Notes: generated by a model from the letters alone, not told the origin. 18,256 nucleotides of DNA from an uncultured Deinococcales bacterium (GCA_964244895.1 CAXTKV010000102.1:1-18256), one strand, 5' to 3'; counted from the first letter of the stretch, positions 1-9,516 are shown. Program-made: numbers and translations.

Positions 1-92
1 GCTCGTCCCCGCTTTTTGTTCCGCCCGAGATGGTTCGAGCCTTCCGGGAATACGGTCGCAAGTTCTCGAGGTCGAAGCTCGTAAAACGTGAC

Positions 93-138
93 AACACCGT
101 CCAGCACGGGGTTTAACAATGACGTGCTGGACGGTGTT
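93..138. repeat. REP-like intergenic inverted repeat (AACACCGTCCAGCACG / CGTGCTGGACGGTGTT)
   Basis: Perfect 16-bp inverted pair 93-108/123-138. The same CACCGTCCAG core recurs in other host intergenic regions. Confidence 0.7.
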
Positions 139-151
139 CTCGAGAATTCGA

Positions 152-793
152 TTACTTGGATTCTTCGATGTACTTCTTCAAACCCTCCAGCGCCTGCTTC
201 ATGGCTTTGGTCTGGTTGCGTTCCACGTAATTTTTCAACCACCCGAAGCGCGGCACGACCGTCCGCGAATACGAGACTTGCGTGCCACCCTTGAAGGATT
301 CAAACGCCCAGGTTTCCGCCATGCCCGCCAGCACGCCGAAGCTGCCGCGCACGGCCTGAAGCGCGAAACCGCGCGGTTGCTGAATCAGCATGAATTGCAA
401 CTGGAACAGGCCGCCCAGGCGCAGCGGCATGACCAGTTCTATGAGCGCACCCTCACTGGGTTTGGTCGGGATCGGTTGGTCCTTGCTGGCGCGCACGAAG
501 CGCACGCGGGGCGCGTTCTTGTCCCACTTCGGACGGTTTTCTGGGGCGATGGTCGCGAAGTACGCGCGTTCGGGGCGCACGCCGACGAAAATCTTGTCGG
601 TCAGTTGCAGGGGTTCAAAGGCGGCGGCGCGCTTGGCGAGTTTCTCCTGGCGCGCGGCCTCTTTCGGATCGGTCGGTTTGGGTGGCGGCGCGGGCATGGA
701 ACTCTTGGCGAGCTTGGCCGCGCGGCGCGCCTGAGATTGCTGCGCCTGCTGAAGTTGCTGAAATGGTGGTCGGTTCTTCGGAGCCCTGGACAT
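152..793 (-). CDS. SRPBCC/START-like (polyketide cyclase-type) domain protein with a low-complexity N-terminal extension
   Basis: 213-aa ORF with a GAGG RBS. The C-terminal half has the SRPBCC pattern (…ETWAFESFKGGTQVSYS… followed by the amphipathic helix MKQALEGLKKYIE). Confidence 0.65.
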   Translation of the reverse strand: MSRAPKNRPPFQQLQQAQQSQARRAAKLAKSSMPAPPPKPTDPKEAARQEKLAKRAAAFEPLQLTDKIFVGVRPERAYFATIAPENRPKWDKNAPRVRFVRASKDQPIPTKPSEGALIELVMPLRLGGLFQLQFMLIQQPRGFALQAVRGSFGVLAGMAETWAFESFKGGTQVSYSRTVVPRFGWLKNYVERNQTKAMKQALEGLKKYIEESK

Positions 794-954
794 GCGTGAC
801 CTCAGTGGGTTCCGACCTCATCTGAAGGCCGGATGGAAACGCTCCATGCTACCGCCTTCAAGCATTCCAGACCACCACGGACGAACACGACCGCAGTTTT
901 GATGCTCGAGTCTCGAGTGGAACCCTTCCCCTACCCGTAAGGAGAGGCAAAAAC

Positions 955-988
955 GAAAGGCTCGAGAATCCCGATTCTCGAGCCTTTC
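955..988. terminator. Hairpin, probable intrinsic terminator downstream of bioY
   Basis: GAAAGGCTCGAGAATC-CC-GATTCTCGAGCCTTTC perfect inverted repeat with A/T runs on both sides. Confidence 0.6.
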
Positions 989-997
989 CTAAAAAAC

Positions 998-1041
998 GCG
1001 TCCTGGACGGTGTGACTACTCGAAAGCACCGTCCAGGACGC
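998..1041. repeat. REP-like inverted repeat
   Basis: GCGTCCTGGACGGTG (998-1012) / CACCGTCCAGGACGC (1027-1041), same family as 93-138. Confidence 0.65.
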
Positions 1042-1053
1042 AGTTCCTCAGCT

Positions 1054-1623
1054 TCAGCGTTTACCGATGATGCGCCACGCGACGGGCAGCAGCAGCGCAG
1101 CCAGAACGGCCTTGACGGCATCCCAGGCGATGAACGGGTAGAGGCCGTAATCGAGGGTTTTCGCGCCAGCGAATTTCGAGAGCCACAGCAATCCCGGCAC
1201 GTACAGCACGACGCTCGCGATGACCATACCGCCGAACACCAGCAGCAACGAGCGCGACCAGCCGCGATCCGCCAGCCAGCCCAGCGCGAAGGCCGCCAGC
1301 ACGAATCCGACCAGAAAGCCGCCCGTTGGCCCAAAAAGCGCCGGGAAAAGCGTTTTGCCTTCGGCCAGCACGGGCAAGCCGATGGCGGCGTAGCCCAGGT
1401 AGGCGATCACGCTGGCGGTGCCCAATCGCGCCCCGAGCGCGAGCGCCGTCAGGAACACGGCCAGCGTCTGCCCGGTGATCGGTACGTAGGGCGGTACTGG
1501 GATGCTGACCTGAGCCAATACTGCGATGAAGGCGGCGAAGCCGAGAACGAGAATCGCGTCTCTGGTGATGGTCTTGCGCGGCAGGATCGTGTCCACAAGC
1601 GTTTGCGGTGCCGTCAGTGTCAT
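1054..1623 (-). CDS. bioY: Biotin transporter BioY
   Basis: 189-aa hydrophobic ORF with GGAGG RBS and BioY motifs VPITGQTLAV, LGARLG…Y…GLPV and GPTGGFLVGF. Confidence 0.93.
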   Translation of the reverse strand: MTLTAPQTLVDTILPRKTITRDAILVLGFAAFIAVLAQVSIPVPPYVPITGQTLAVFLTALALGARLGTASVIAYLGYAAIGLPVLAEGKTLFPALFGPTGGFLVGFVLAAFALGWLADRGWSRSLLLVFGGMVIASVVLYVPGLLWLSKFAGAKTLDYGLYPFIAWDAVKAVLAALLLPVAWRIIGKR

Positions 1624-1781
1624 GTTGACCTCCGAATCGGACTCTACCGTTTCAAGCGTGTTTGAACCAAGTCGAGAATCGAGAAAGGCCGTACTGAACG
1701 CTCTTTTCTGTGTAACGATAACTTGATGGCGAGCGTTTTCTCGAGCACACCGGGTTGACGCGCGCGGGTAAACTTCATGGC

Positions 1782-2825
1782 ATGAATCAGAACCCGAAGA
1801 TGCTCCAGGAGGTGCGGCAAGCGCCAGAAGTGGTGACGCGATTGCTGAAGAGCAACCGCGCTGCGGCGCAGAACATCGCCGCAGCGATCAAGGAGCGCGA
1901 TCCGAAATTTGCCATGACCATCGCGCGCGGCACCTCGGATCACGCCTCGAACTTCTTGAAGTATGCGCTCGAGACGCAACTGGGCTTGGTAACGGCCTCC
2001 GCGATTCCCAGCAGCGTCACGATTTACGGCGCGAAACCCAGGCTGGAAGGCGCGCTGGTGGTGGCCATCTCGCAATCCGGTCAATCGCCGGACGTGATCG
2101 GGATGCTCGAAGCGGCGCGGGATGCGGGCGCACTGACGGTCGCCATCGTCAACGCGCCGGACAGTCCGCTCGAGGCGACCGCCGAGTTCGCGCTGCCGAT
2201 GTGCGCCGGGCCGGAACTGGCGGTGGCGGCCACCAAAACCTTCGTGGCGTCCCTGGTCGCGCCGCTGCAGGTGATCGCGCAGATTCTGCCGGGGCGCGAA
2301 CTCGAGGACGCGCTGATCGGTCTGCCCGAGAAGCTGACGCGAGCCCTCGAGGTCGAGGCCGTCGCTCAGGATCGCGCCGAACGCTACCGCTACGCCGAAG
2401 CGGTCGTGACGCTGGCTCGCGGTGCGCACTTCCCGATGGCGCTCGAGATGGCCCTGAAATTGAAGGAGACCTGCCGCCTGCACGCCGAGGCCTTCAGCGC
2501 GGCGGAATTCGCGCACGGCCCGATCATCCTGGCGGGTGACGGCCTGCCGATCCTGGCGTTCCAATCGCGCGATGCGGCGGCAGCGGGCACGGTGCAGCTC
2601 TACAACGACCTGGTGGCGCGCGGCGCGGAACTCGTGCTGGTCGGTGATACCAGCGTGGATGTCAAGGCCAGCGTGCGCCTCGAGACGCCCGCCACGGGCC
2701 ACTTCCTGACCGATCCGGTGGCCGCGATCCTGGCGTCCTACTTGTTCGCGGGTCACATGAGCCTGGCTCGAGGGCTCGACCCTGACGCGCCCAGGTCGCT
2801 TTCCAAGGTCACGAAAACGCTGTAA
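1782..2825 (+). CDS. Tandem-SIS-domain sugar-phosphate isomerase/deaminase (GlmS C-terminal-like; glucosamine-6-phosphate deaminase type)
   Basis: Motifs ARGTSDHA, AISQSGQSPD, AGPELAVAATKTF, ALKLKE…AEFAHGP and PDAPRSLSKVTKT, with no glutaminase domain. ATG 1782 lies 7 nt after TAAACT. Confidence 0.88.
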   Translation: MNQNPKMLQEVRQAPEVVTRLLKSNRAAAQNIAAAIKERDPKFAMTIARGTSDHASNFLKYALETQLGLVTASAIPSSVTIYGAKPRLEGALVVAISQSGQSPDVIGMLEAARDAGALTVAIVNAPDSPLEATAEFALPMCAGPELAVAATKTFVASLVAPLQVIAQILPGRELEDALIGLPEKLTRALEVEAVAQDRAERYRYAEAVVTLARGAHFPMALEMALKLKETCRLHAEAFSAAEFAHGPIILAGDGLPILAFQSRDAAAAGTVQLYNDLVARGAELVLVGDTSVDVKASVRLETPATGHFLTDPVAAILASYLFAGHMSLARGLDPDAPRSLSKVTKTL

Positions 2826-3012
2826 ACGCGGGGACACCGTTCTCGCTCGTAAAACAGCACCTTCTTGATCCTGAGCATGCACCTTCCGGGCAGGATCGCT
2901 GTCGGGCTACTCGCGCTCCAGCACGCAGTTCCAAAAATGCGTGCTGGACGGTGCTTTCTCGAGCCCTCAGCCCGGTGGGTTCCGCCGGATTGAACCGGGC
3001 TATGATTCCGGC

Positions 3013-3441
3013 ATGGCCAGAGCCAGCACGTACCTGAACTTCGCGCGCGACACGGAACACGCCTTCGAGTTCTACCGCACGGTCTTCGGCGGGGAATTCA
3101 AGAACGGCATCAGGCGCTTCCGCGACATTCCCGCACCACCGGACGCGCCATCCGCTGCCGAAGCCGACCTCGACCTGGTGATGCACGTCGAGCTCGAGAT
3201 TCTGGGCGGGCACTCGCTGATGGGCACCGACGCGCCCGAATCGATGGGTTTCAACGTGCGTTTCGGCAACAACATGTCCATCAGCCTCGAGCCCGACAGC
3301 TTGATGGAAGCGCAGGCTTTATTCGATAATCTCTCCGCCGGAGGTCAGGTCGAAATGCCGCTCCAGCCGATGTTCTGGGGCGGTCATTTCGGGTCGTTGA
3401 CGGACAGATTCGGCGTGCAATGGATGCTGAACCTGCCCTGA
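3013..3441 (+). CDS. VOC/glyoxalase superfamily protein (PhnB/YjdN-like)
   Basis: STYLNF…AFEFY…VFGG, VMHVEL, MPLQPMFWGGHFGSLTDRFGVQWM. ATG 3013 lies 6 nt after TATGAT. Confidence 0.9.
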   Translation: MARASTYLNFARDTEHAFEFYRTVFGGEFKNGIRRFRDIPAPPDAPSAAEADLDLVMHVELEILGGHSLMGTDAPESMGFNVRFGNNMSISLEPDSLMEAQALFDNLSAGGQVEMPLQPMFWGGHFGSLTDRFGVQWMLNLP

Positions 3442-3468
3442 ATCGCGGTTCCAGACGGCGAGAAATGG

Positions 3469-3504
3469 AACTCGAGCCTCATCACCAAAGATGAGGCTCG
3501 AGTT
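3469..3504. terminator. Hairpin between convergent genes, probable bidirectional terminator
   Basis: Perfect 15-bp stem AACTCGAGCCTCATC / GATGAGGCTCGAGTT with a 6-nt loop. Confidence 0.65.
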
Positions 3505-3533
3505 GATATTTTCTGTCGAGGTTCCGTGAGCGC

Positions 3534-3752
3534 TCAGGCGGCCTTGTCGTAGCCCGTTCGCGCCTGAACCGACCTGCGCGGACTTCTGGAGTTTCGAGCG
3601 TTTCTCGAGGCGCGGTCGCGCATTTCGAACAACCGCAGCTCGAGCACTTCTTTCGGGTCCTCGCGCGGGTCGGGTTGCTCGCGCAAGCGAAGAATGGCCT
3701 GCTGAACGTTCTCGGGCAGCGTCTCGAATCGGGCGCGAATTTTTGAATCCAT
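3534..3752 (-). CDS. Small hypothetical protein (72 aa) directly downstream of ssb
   Basis: ATG at 3752 with a GAGG RBS overlapping the ssb stop; MDSKIRARFETLPENVQQAIL…; ends just before the terminator hairpin. Confidence 0.5.
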   Translation of the reverse strand: MDSKIRARFETLPENVQQAILRLREQPDPREDPKEVLELRLFEMRDRASRNARNSRSPRRSVQARTGYDKAA

Positions 3753-3760
3753 GTTCGACC

Positions 3761-4639
3761 TCAAAATGGCATGTCTTCGGAAGCGGGTTCGGCGTTGGCG
3801 ACGGGCTTGCGACCTTTGGCCTGCGGTGGCGCTTTGCGTTCGGGGGCGGCCTTGCTTCGCGCGCTGGACTGGGGCGCGTTCGACTGGGCCGCGTTTTGAG
3901 CGGCTGGCGCGGTCTTCGCGTCCCCTCGGGCCGTCCGAACCAGCGGCTCGAGTCGTTCGGCTTCGACCTTCAAGTTGGAACGTTTCGTGCCGTCCTTGTC
4001 CGTCCAGTTGTCCGTCGCCAATCGCCCAGTGACCAGCACGGGCGTGCCCTTGGTGAGCGTCCCGGCGGCCTCGGCCAGGTCGTTCCAGAGCGTCACGTCC
4101 ACGAAGTGCGCGCGCTCCTGCCACTGACCCTGCGCGTCCTTCCAGGATTCGGTCACGGCCAGGCTGGCGGTGGCGACGTTGAAACCGTTCGGCGTGCGGC
4201 GCGATTCCACGTCGCGCGTCAGGTTGCCCATGACGGTCACGTGGTTCATGGCGTCGACCAATCGGAATCCGCCGATGGCGTCCGTCACGATCGCGTCCGG
4301 CCCCGCGCCGGGACGCGCGGCCTCGAGCCGTTGCGCCTTGACTTCAACGCGGCTGCGGCGCTGACCGTTCTCGGTTTCCCAGGATCGGTATTCGAGGGAA
4401 CCCTCGACCAGCACGGGGTCGCTGGCGTGCAGGGATTCTGCGGCGATTTCGGCTTGTTTTCCCATCAGCGAACCGCGCTGATACCAGGGGATGTTGCGTT
4501 CCGCGCCGTCGTCACCGATGACGCGGCTGTCGCCCGCAACGGTGAAATTCAAAACGGCGACGCCGCTCGGCGTGTACCGTAACTCCGGGTCACGAGCGAG
4601 CGAACCGACGAGCAAAACGTGATTGATGCCTCGAGCCAT
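3761..4639 (-). CDS. ssb: Single-stranded DNA-binding protein, Deinococcus-Thermus double-OB-fold type
   Basis: Two tandem OB folds (MARGINHVLLVGSLARDPELRYTPSG… and MNHVTVMGNLTRDVESRRTPNG…), acidic tail EDMPF, AAGGAG RBS. Confidence 0.95.
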   Translation of the reverse strand: MARGINHVLLVGSLARDPELRYTPSGVAVLNFTVAGDSRVIGDDGAERNIPWYQRGSLMGKQAEIAAESLHASDPVLVEGSLEYRSWETENGQRRSRVEVKAQRLEAARPGAGPDAIVTDAIGGFRLVDAMNHVTVMGNLTRDVESRRTPNGFNVATASLAVTESWKDAQGQWQERAHFVDVTLWNDLAEAAGTLTKGTPVLVTGRLATDNWTDKDGTKRSNLKVEAERLEPLVRTARGDAKTAPAAQNAAQSNAPQSSARSKAAPERKAPPQAKGRKPVANAEPASEDMPF

Positions 4640-4715
4640 GATGGTCTCCTTGATTCAGTGCGAGAGCTTCGGGTCTACTTGCTGATGGGCGAAATGCACT
4701 CGAGCGTGCAAATAC

Positions 4716-4749
4716 AAATTAGCATGAGTATATTCTGTTGTCAACATAT
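4716..4749 (-). promoter_or_regulatory. ssb sigma-A promoter overlapped by an RDRM-like (DdrO) operator
   Basis: Minus strand TTGACA (4744-4739), 17 nt, TAATTT (4721-4716) with an extended-10 TG. The 17-bp TTCTGTTGTCAACATAT (4733-4749) fits the RDRM consensus, as I recall it, except at the last base. Confidence 0.65.
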
Positions 4750-4925
4750 AAAGCTCGCGTTTCAGTCCAGACCCGAAGCAATAGCTCCGAGACGTGAGAT
4801 TCAACGCCAAAATTCAGAAAAGCACGCCTCAGACGGCTTTATCGAGAAGCGCTAACACCGTCCAGAAGGCGAGAAACCCTTCCGCCTGAAGCTCGAGACG
4901 CCGCCCAGCGCGGCCCCATTCGCGC

Positions 4926-4954
4926 TTGACACACCCCGACGGGTTCGCTACACT
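4926..4954 (+). promoter_or_regulatory. sigma-70-type promoter of tRNA-Thr
   Basis: TTGACA (4926-4931), 17 nt, TACACT (4949-4954). Confidence 0.8.
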
Positions 4955-4979
4955 TTCACGGCTGTACAGCAGTCCCCGA

Positions 4980-5054
4980 GCCGGAGTAGCTCAGCGGTAG
5001 AGCAGCCGATTCGTAATCGGCAGGTCGTCGGTTCAAATCCGACCCCCGGCTCCA
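4980..5054 (+). tRNA. tRNA-Thr(CGT)
   Basis: Cloverleaf: D arm GCTC/GAGC, anticodon arm GCCGA-TTCGTAA-TCGGC, T arm GTCGG-TTCAAAT-CCGAC, encoded CCA. Confidence 0.96.
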
Positions 5055-5059
5055 GAAGA

Positions 5060-5086
5060 AAACCCCGTCATTGACGGGGTTTATTT
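5060..5086 (+). terminator. Intrinsic terminator after tRNA-Thr
   Basis: AAACCCCGTC-ATT-GACGGGGTTT followed by ATTT. Confidence 0.8.
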
Positions 5087-5188
5087 GATCTTCGTATTTA
5101 CTTCGGTTGTTCAAATCCCGACTTTGCGGTTGCCTTGCCGTGACCAGACATGACTTCTGAGCCGCAATCGCGTTGTAACCTTCGCAGC

Positions 5189-5464
5189 GTGTGGCAAGCT
5201 TTCGACGACGAGGGCCAGACCGCGTACCGGGCAATCTGCGATGGCTATCTGGTGTTCTTGACCGGCCACGGCGGGCTGTGGTTCGTGAACATCCTGATGC
5301 CCGAAGACGAGCGCGAGAAAACCTACATGGCTGGGCCGGGGTTCAAGCGGGGCGTGCCGCTGGCCGAAGCCCAACGCATCGCGCAGGAGATCACCCGTCA
5401 GGCGCGCGCCAAGCTCGAACGCAGGGCCAGACAACTCGAGCAGCGCGCACAGAAGCAGTCCTGA
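5189..5464 (+). CDS. Small hypothetical protein (~91 aa)
   Basis: ORF 5150-5464 has host-like codon usage from GTG 5189 onward, and that GTG lies 7 nt after TAACCT (leaderless-type start). Confidence 0.55.
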   Translation: MWQAFDDEGQTAYRAICDGYLVFLTGHGGLWFVNILMPEDEREKTYMAGPGFKRGVPLAEAQRIAQEITRQARAKLERRARQLEQRAQKQS

Positions 5465-5468
5465 CGCT

Positions 5469-5523
5469 CGAGAATACCGTCCCGGACAGCGTTTCTTAAA
5501 CGCCGTGCTGGACGGTGTTCTCG
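5469..5523. repeat. REP-like inverted repeat
   Basis: CGAGAATACCGTCC… / …CGTGCTGGACGGTGTTCTCG between convergent genes. Confidence 0.6.
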
Positions 5524-5613
5524 CCGTCGTCCTCGCCTACCAAAGGTAGGGGAAGTGGTTCGAGGTCGCCCAGTGCTGGCGACCTCGAGCCGGAGGGGTC
5601 GCGCACTGACCCC

Positions 5614-6519
5614 TCAGCTTCGCGGCACGATCACCTCGATCGCACCCGGCAGGACGTGCGCCTCGAGTGCGCGCGTGGCGGGCATCAGTTCGCCATCGGC
5701 GTGCGCGGCGGTCGGTGCGGCCCATTCAATCCGCACGGTTCGCCCGGAGAACACCTGAACTTCCGGGTGCGTGACGTGCGTGCCGCGCGCCAGCCGGGGC
5801 AGGATGCCGAGCGCCCCCAACCTGGAAAAGCGTTTGCCGATCACCACCTCGAGCTTCGCGTCGTCGGCTCGCGCGCCGGGTGCGATCCGCAAGCCGCCGC
5901 CGTAGCACGGCAGGTTCATGGCGGCCACCAGCAGGCTTTGACCGTCGTAAACGATGGCGCCGTCCACGGTCACGCGCACGGATTTCAGGTCGAGCCGCGC
6001 CAGTTCCGCCAGAATCGCGACCAGGTAACGCGCCGGGCCGGGCAACCAGCGCGGCGTGCCCCCCAGGGCGCTGGCGACCTGCGCGTCGAAGCCGCTGCCG
6101 ACGCCGTTCAAAAAGGGTGCGCCGTTCAGCACGCCCGCGTCCAAATTGCGCGTTTGCCCATCCAGCACCGCTCTCAGGCTGCCCTCCAGATCGAGCGGCC
6201 TGAGCCCGATCTCTCGGGCGAAATCGTTGCCCGTACCGAACGGCAGCACGCCCAACGCGCGTTCACTACGCTGGGTGCCGTTCAGCAGCGCCCCGACGAT
6301 CTCGTGCAGGGTTCCGTCCCCGCCCACCGCGATGACCGGCTCGAGCTTCGGGAGTTGCGCAGCGATCCGGTGGGCCGCACCGTGCGCATCCGTCAGGTGC
6401 GTTCTGAACGGCACGCCTCTGGAATTCAGGGCGGATTCGATGGCGGGCAGAGCCGCCCGAGCGCGCCCACCGCCCGCCACGGGATTGACGATCAGGTGCA
6501 GCTCATCCGGCGAATTCAC
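5614..6519 (-). CDS. Diacylglycerol kinase family lipid kinase (YegS/Rv2252-like)
   Basis: Motifs IVNPVAGGG, VGGDGTLHE, LPFGTGNDFAR, FLNGVGSGFDA, YGGGLRIAP and HADGE. Confidence 0.92.
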   Translation of the reverse strand: MNSPDELHLIVNPVAGGGRARAALPAIESALNSRGVPFRTHLTDAHGAAHRIAAQLPKLEPVIAVGGDGTLHEIVGALLNGTQRSERALGVLPFGTGNDFAREIGLRPLDLEGSLRAVLDGQTRNLDAGVLNGAPFLNGVGSGFDAQVASALGGTPRWLPGPARYLVAILAELARLDLKSVRVTVDGAIVYDGQSLLVAAMNLPCYGGGLRIAPGARADDAKLEVVIGKRFSRLGALGILPRLARGTHVTHPEVQVFSGRTVRIEWAAPTAAHADGELMPATRALEAHVLPGAIEVIVPRS

Positions 6520-6750
6520 ACCTCGAGTCTAAGGCAGAAGAGCTGCGTTCAGAACGCCTTGGAACCCACCGATGACCAAAACGGCACCGTCTAGCATGGA
6601 TTTGCGGTCTTCGATGATCTTCAAACGGCCTCCCCCAGCGCCCTTTCTTCCATCGAGTGAAATCTGACCAGGCCGCCTAGAAGTCGTGCAGGACAATTAC
6701 TTTCGTTGAAAAGAGTTCCGAAAGAATGGAAATTCTAAAATGATCGAGCC

Positions 6751-9516
6751 ATGGTGATTCTTTTCCCGATGCTCGCTTTGCTGATGACTGCATTGCTGGT
6801 CACGACGCACGCGAGGCGCGCCTGGTGGGGAACCACGCCGTTCATCATGCTGCTCGTCTCGAGCCTGGTGGGGAGCAGCGTGTCCTTGATGTTTCTCGAC
6901 TACCGGACTCTGGCGGTGGATTTGCTATTGAGCGTTCAGGCAGGGTTGCTGATCGTTCTGGTTCTCGAGGGGCAGGTTCGTTGGCGCTCGAACGTGGTGG
7001 GGTTATCGCTGGTCGCGGGCGGCGGAATCTTGCTCAAGCTGATTTTGCTGATCGGTCTACGTGATCCCGCCAAAGTGTCCTTCCTGAAATCGGTCATTCT
7101 CGAGCAGGCCGCGTACACGGCGACATTCCTGGCGAGCGTCTGGCTGGCCGCGACCATCTACCACCGTTTAAAGACTTGGGAGCGCAGTCGAGCGGTGTTC
7201 CTCGCGTTCGTGATCGGCACGGTCGCGCAGCAGGTCGCGATCAACCTGGTTTTCCCATTTCAAGAGTCTTTGGCGCAGGGGCTGGTGTTTCACAGCGCGC
7301 TGACCGTCCTGACGGGCGCGATGATCGCGGTCTACACCAACACCAGTTCAAGCCGCCGGTCGCCGGAACACGAGGCCTACACGGCGCTGCTGCGAACCGT
7401 CGAGGCGCTGGCCGGACAATCTACCGAGGAACTCTGGCCGAAACTGCTCGAATCCGCCGTCAACGTCGTTCCGGGCGCGCAGGCGGGCAGCTTGTGGGTG
7501 CGGCACGGCGCGGTTTTCAGGATGGTCGCGCAGCGCGGGTTTTCGGACGGGCTGATCGGCACCGAAATTCTCGAGCAAGGCTTCCTGGTCTGGTACGGCG
7601 ATCACGAAGGCTGGGAAAGGCTCTTGCCGCGCATCAAATTCGGCAGCACCTTTCGCAACCGGGTCTAGTTCTTGCGCAACACCTTTGAGACGAATCTGGG
7701 CACGCTGGACATGGTTTCGCGCACCGATCAGATCCGAGCCAACCTGTGCCTGCCGATCATCGTCGGCAGCGAACTGCTGGCGTACTTCAACCTGGACGCC
7801 TTCGATTCCGAACGCGCCTTCGATGAACGAAGCGTCGAAGTGGCGCGAGATTACGTGCTCCAGGCGACCGCGCTGTTGGCCTCGAGCCTGGAACGCGCCG
7901 CGCTCGAGGCCCGATTGCAGGAATTCGAGACGCTCGAATCGATCACGGCGGCCCTCCAGACCGCCCAGACGAGCGCCGACATCGCGCGGCGGGTCGCGTT
8001 GGAGATGGTCAGCTTGCTCGATTCGCAGCACGGTTGCGTCCTATTGGCCGACAACAACGGCGATTTCCTGGTACCGCTCGCCGGGACGGGCGTGTTTGAA
8101 AAACCGGGTGATTTTCGCGTACCGCGCGGCCAGGGCGTGACCTGGGCCGCCATCCGCGCCCGTGAGGTCATCCGCATCAACGACGTGCGAGAGGAACCCC
8201 GTCTGTTCAACCCGGACGGTATTCCACTGACGATGCGTTCACACATGACCGTGCCGTTGTTCGATTCCTCCGGCGAACCGCTGGGGGCGCTGGTGCTGGC
8301 CAGAGCGGAAATCAAGCCGTACACCGAAACCGACCGTCGCGCCGCTCAGGTGATCGCCAGCGTGTCCGCCAGTGCCCTCGAACGCGTGCGCGCCACCGAA
8401 AGGCTCGAGGTCAAACTGCGCGAGACGCAATCGTTGTTGTCCATGGCGCAACTCCTGGAAGGCAACGAACCGGAATCGTTGGATCTGGCGCTCGAGATGG
8501 TTCGCCAGCTTTCCGAGGCCGACGTGGTCGTGTTCAGCACCCTCGAGGATGGGTTGTACCGCCCCAAGGTAACCGCCGGAAACGTGCCTTCGAGCCTTTC
8601 CATGCTGATGTCGCAGGGGATTGATGGCACCATCGAAGCCTTGTCTGGGATGGTCGTCGGACGCGGCATCGAGATCATCGACGAACCGGGCCACCCGATC
8701 CTGGGCGCCTACGGAGCCATCGGCATACGAAGCGTCTACCTGATCGGCGTGCAGACCGAAGGTGGAATCGGCGGACTGGCCTTGTTCCGCCACACCCGCT
8801 CCGACGGCTGGACGCAACCGCAACACCGACTGATCGACGCGACCACCCGAATGCTCGGCGCGCTGGTCGCGCGGCTGGATCGGCTGGCGCACTTCGAGGC
8901 TTCCTACGAGGGCGCATTGCGCGCCATCGGCGTGGCGCTCGAGGCCAGGGACCGCGAGACTGCCGGGCATACCGACCGCGTCACCAACATGGCCGAACGC
9001 ATCGGCACGGAATTGGGGCTTTCGGATCTCGAGCTGCGCGAATTGCGTTGGGGCGCGTACCTGCACGACATCGGCAAGCTGGCGATTCCAGATGCGATCC
9101 TGTTCAAACCCGGCAAGCTCGATCCCGTAGAACGCAACGTCATCGAGACGCACGCGACCATCGGGCACCAACTCGCACTGAACCTGCCCTTCCTGCCGGA
9201 CGCCTCGCGCAGCGTGGTGCGCCACCACCACGAACGCTGGGACGGTCAAGGTTACCCCGACAGGCTTCGCGGCGAAACGATTCCATTGGCAGCCAGAATC
9301 TTCGCGGTCTGCGACGTGTTCGACGCGTTGATCAGCGAACGTCCCTACAAGAAAGCCATGTCTTTTACCGATGCGCTCGATGTCTTGCGAGAGGGCGTAT
9401 CGCGCGGCCAGTTCGATCCTCAAGTGATGACTGCCTTCGAGATCGTGGCCAGCCGCGAATGGGGTTTGCGACCGCCGGGTACGGCGCACAGACCCCAAGC
9501 TGTCCCGACCGATTGA
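6751..9516 (+). pseudogene. Membrane-anchored multi-GAF HD-GYP c-di-GMP phosphodiesterase, interrupted by one in-frame TAG at 7666-7668
   Basis: ORFs 6751-7668 and 7672-9516 are in the same frame and the stop splits the first GAF domain. The C-terminus has RDRETAGHTDRV, LHDIGK, HHHERWDGQGYP and DVFDAL…RPYK. The stop could be a sequencing error. Confidence 0.75.

Noticed and set aside
1782..2825. GlmS-like gene as a classical attTn7 site
   Set aside because: It is an SIS-only protein about 7 kb from the element, and the element is inserted in comEA instead.
4980..5054. tRNA-Thr as the integration site of the island
   Set aside because: No integrase, no duplicated tRNA 3' end, and host-like genes and repeats continue on both sides.
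7711..7745. Spacer 2 similarity to the HD-GYP gene (7714-7745, 21/32, preceded by ATG)
   Set aside because: Seed mismatch at position 2, the distal third is unmatched, and there is no insertion nearby. Comparable partial matches arise by chance in GC-rich DNA.
1644..9498. Long antisense or alternate-frame ORFs (e.g. 1644-2882 -, 5515-6594 +, 8239-9498 -)
   Set aside because: Shadow ORFs of well-supported genes in high-GC DNA, with no recognisable motifs.
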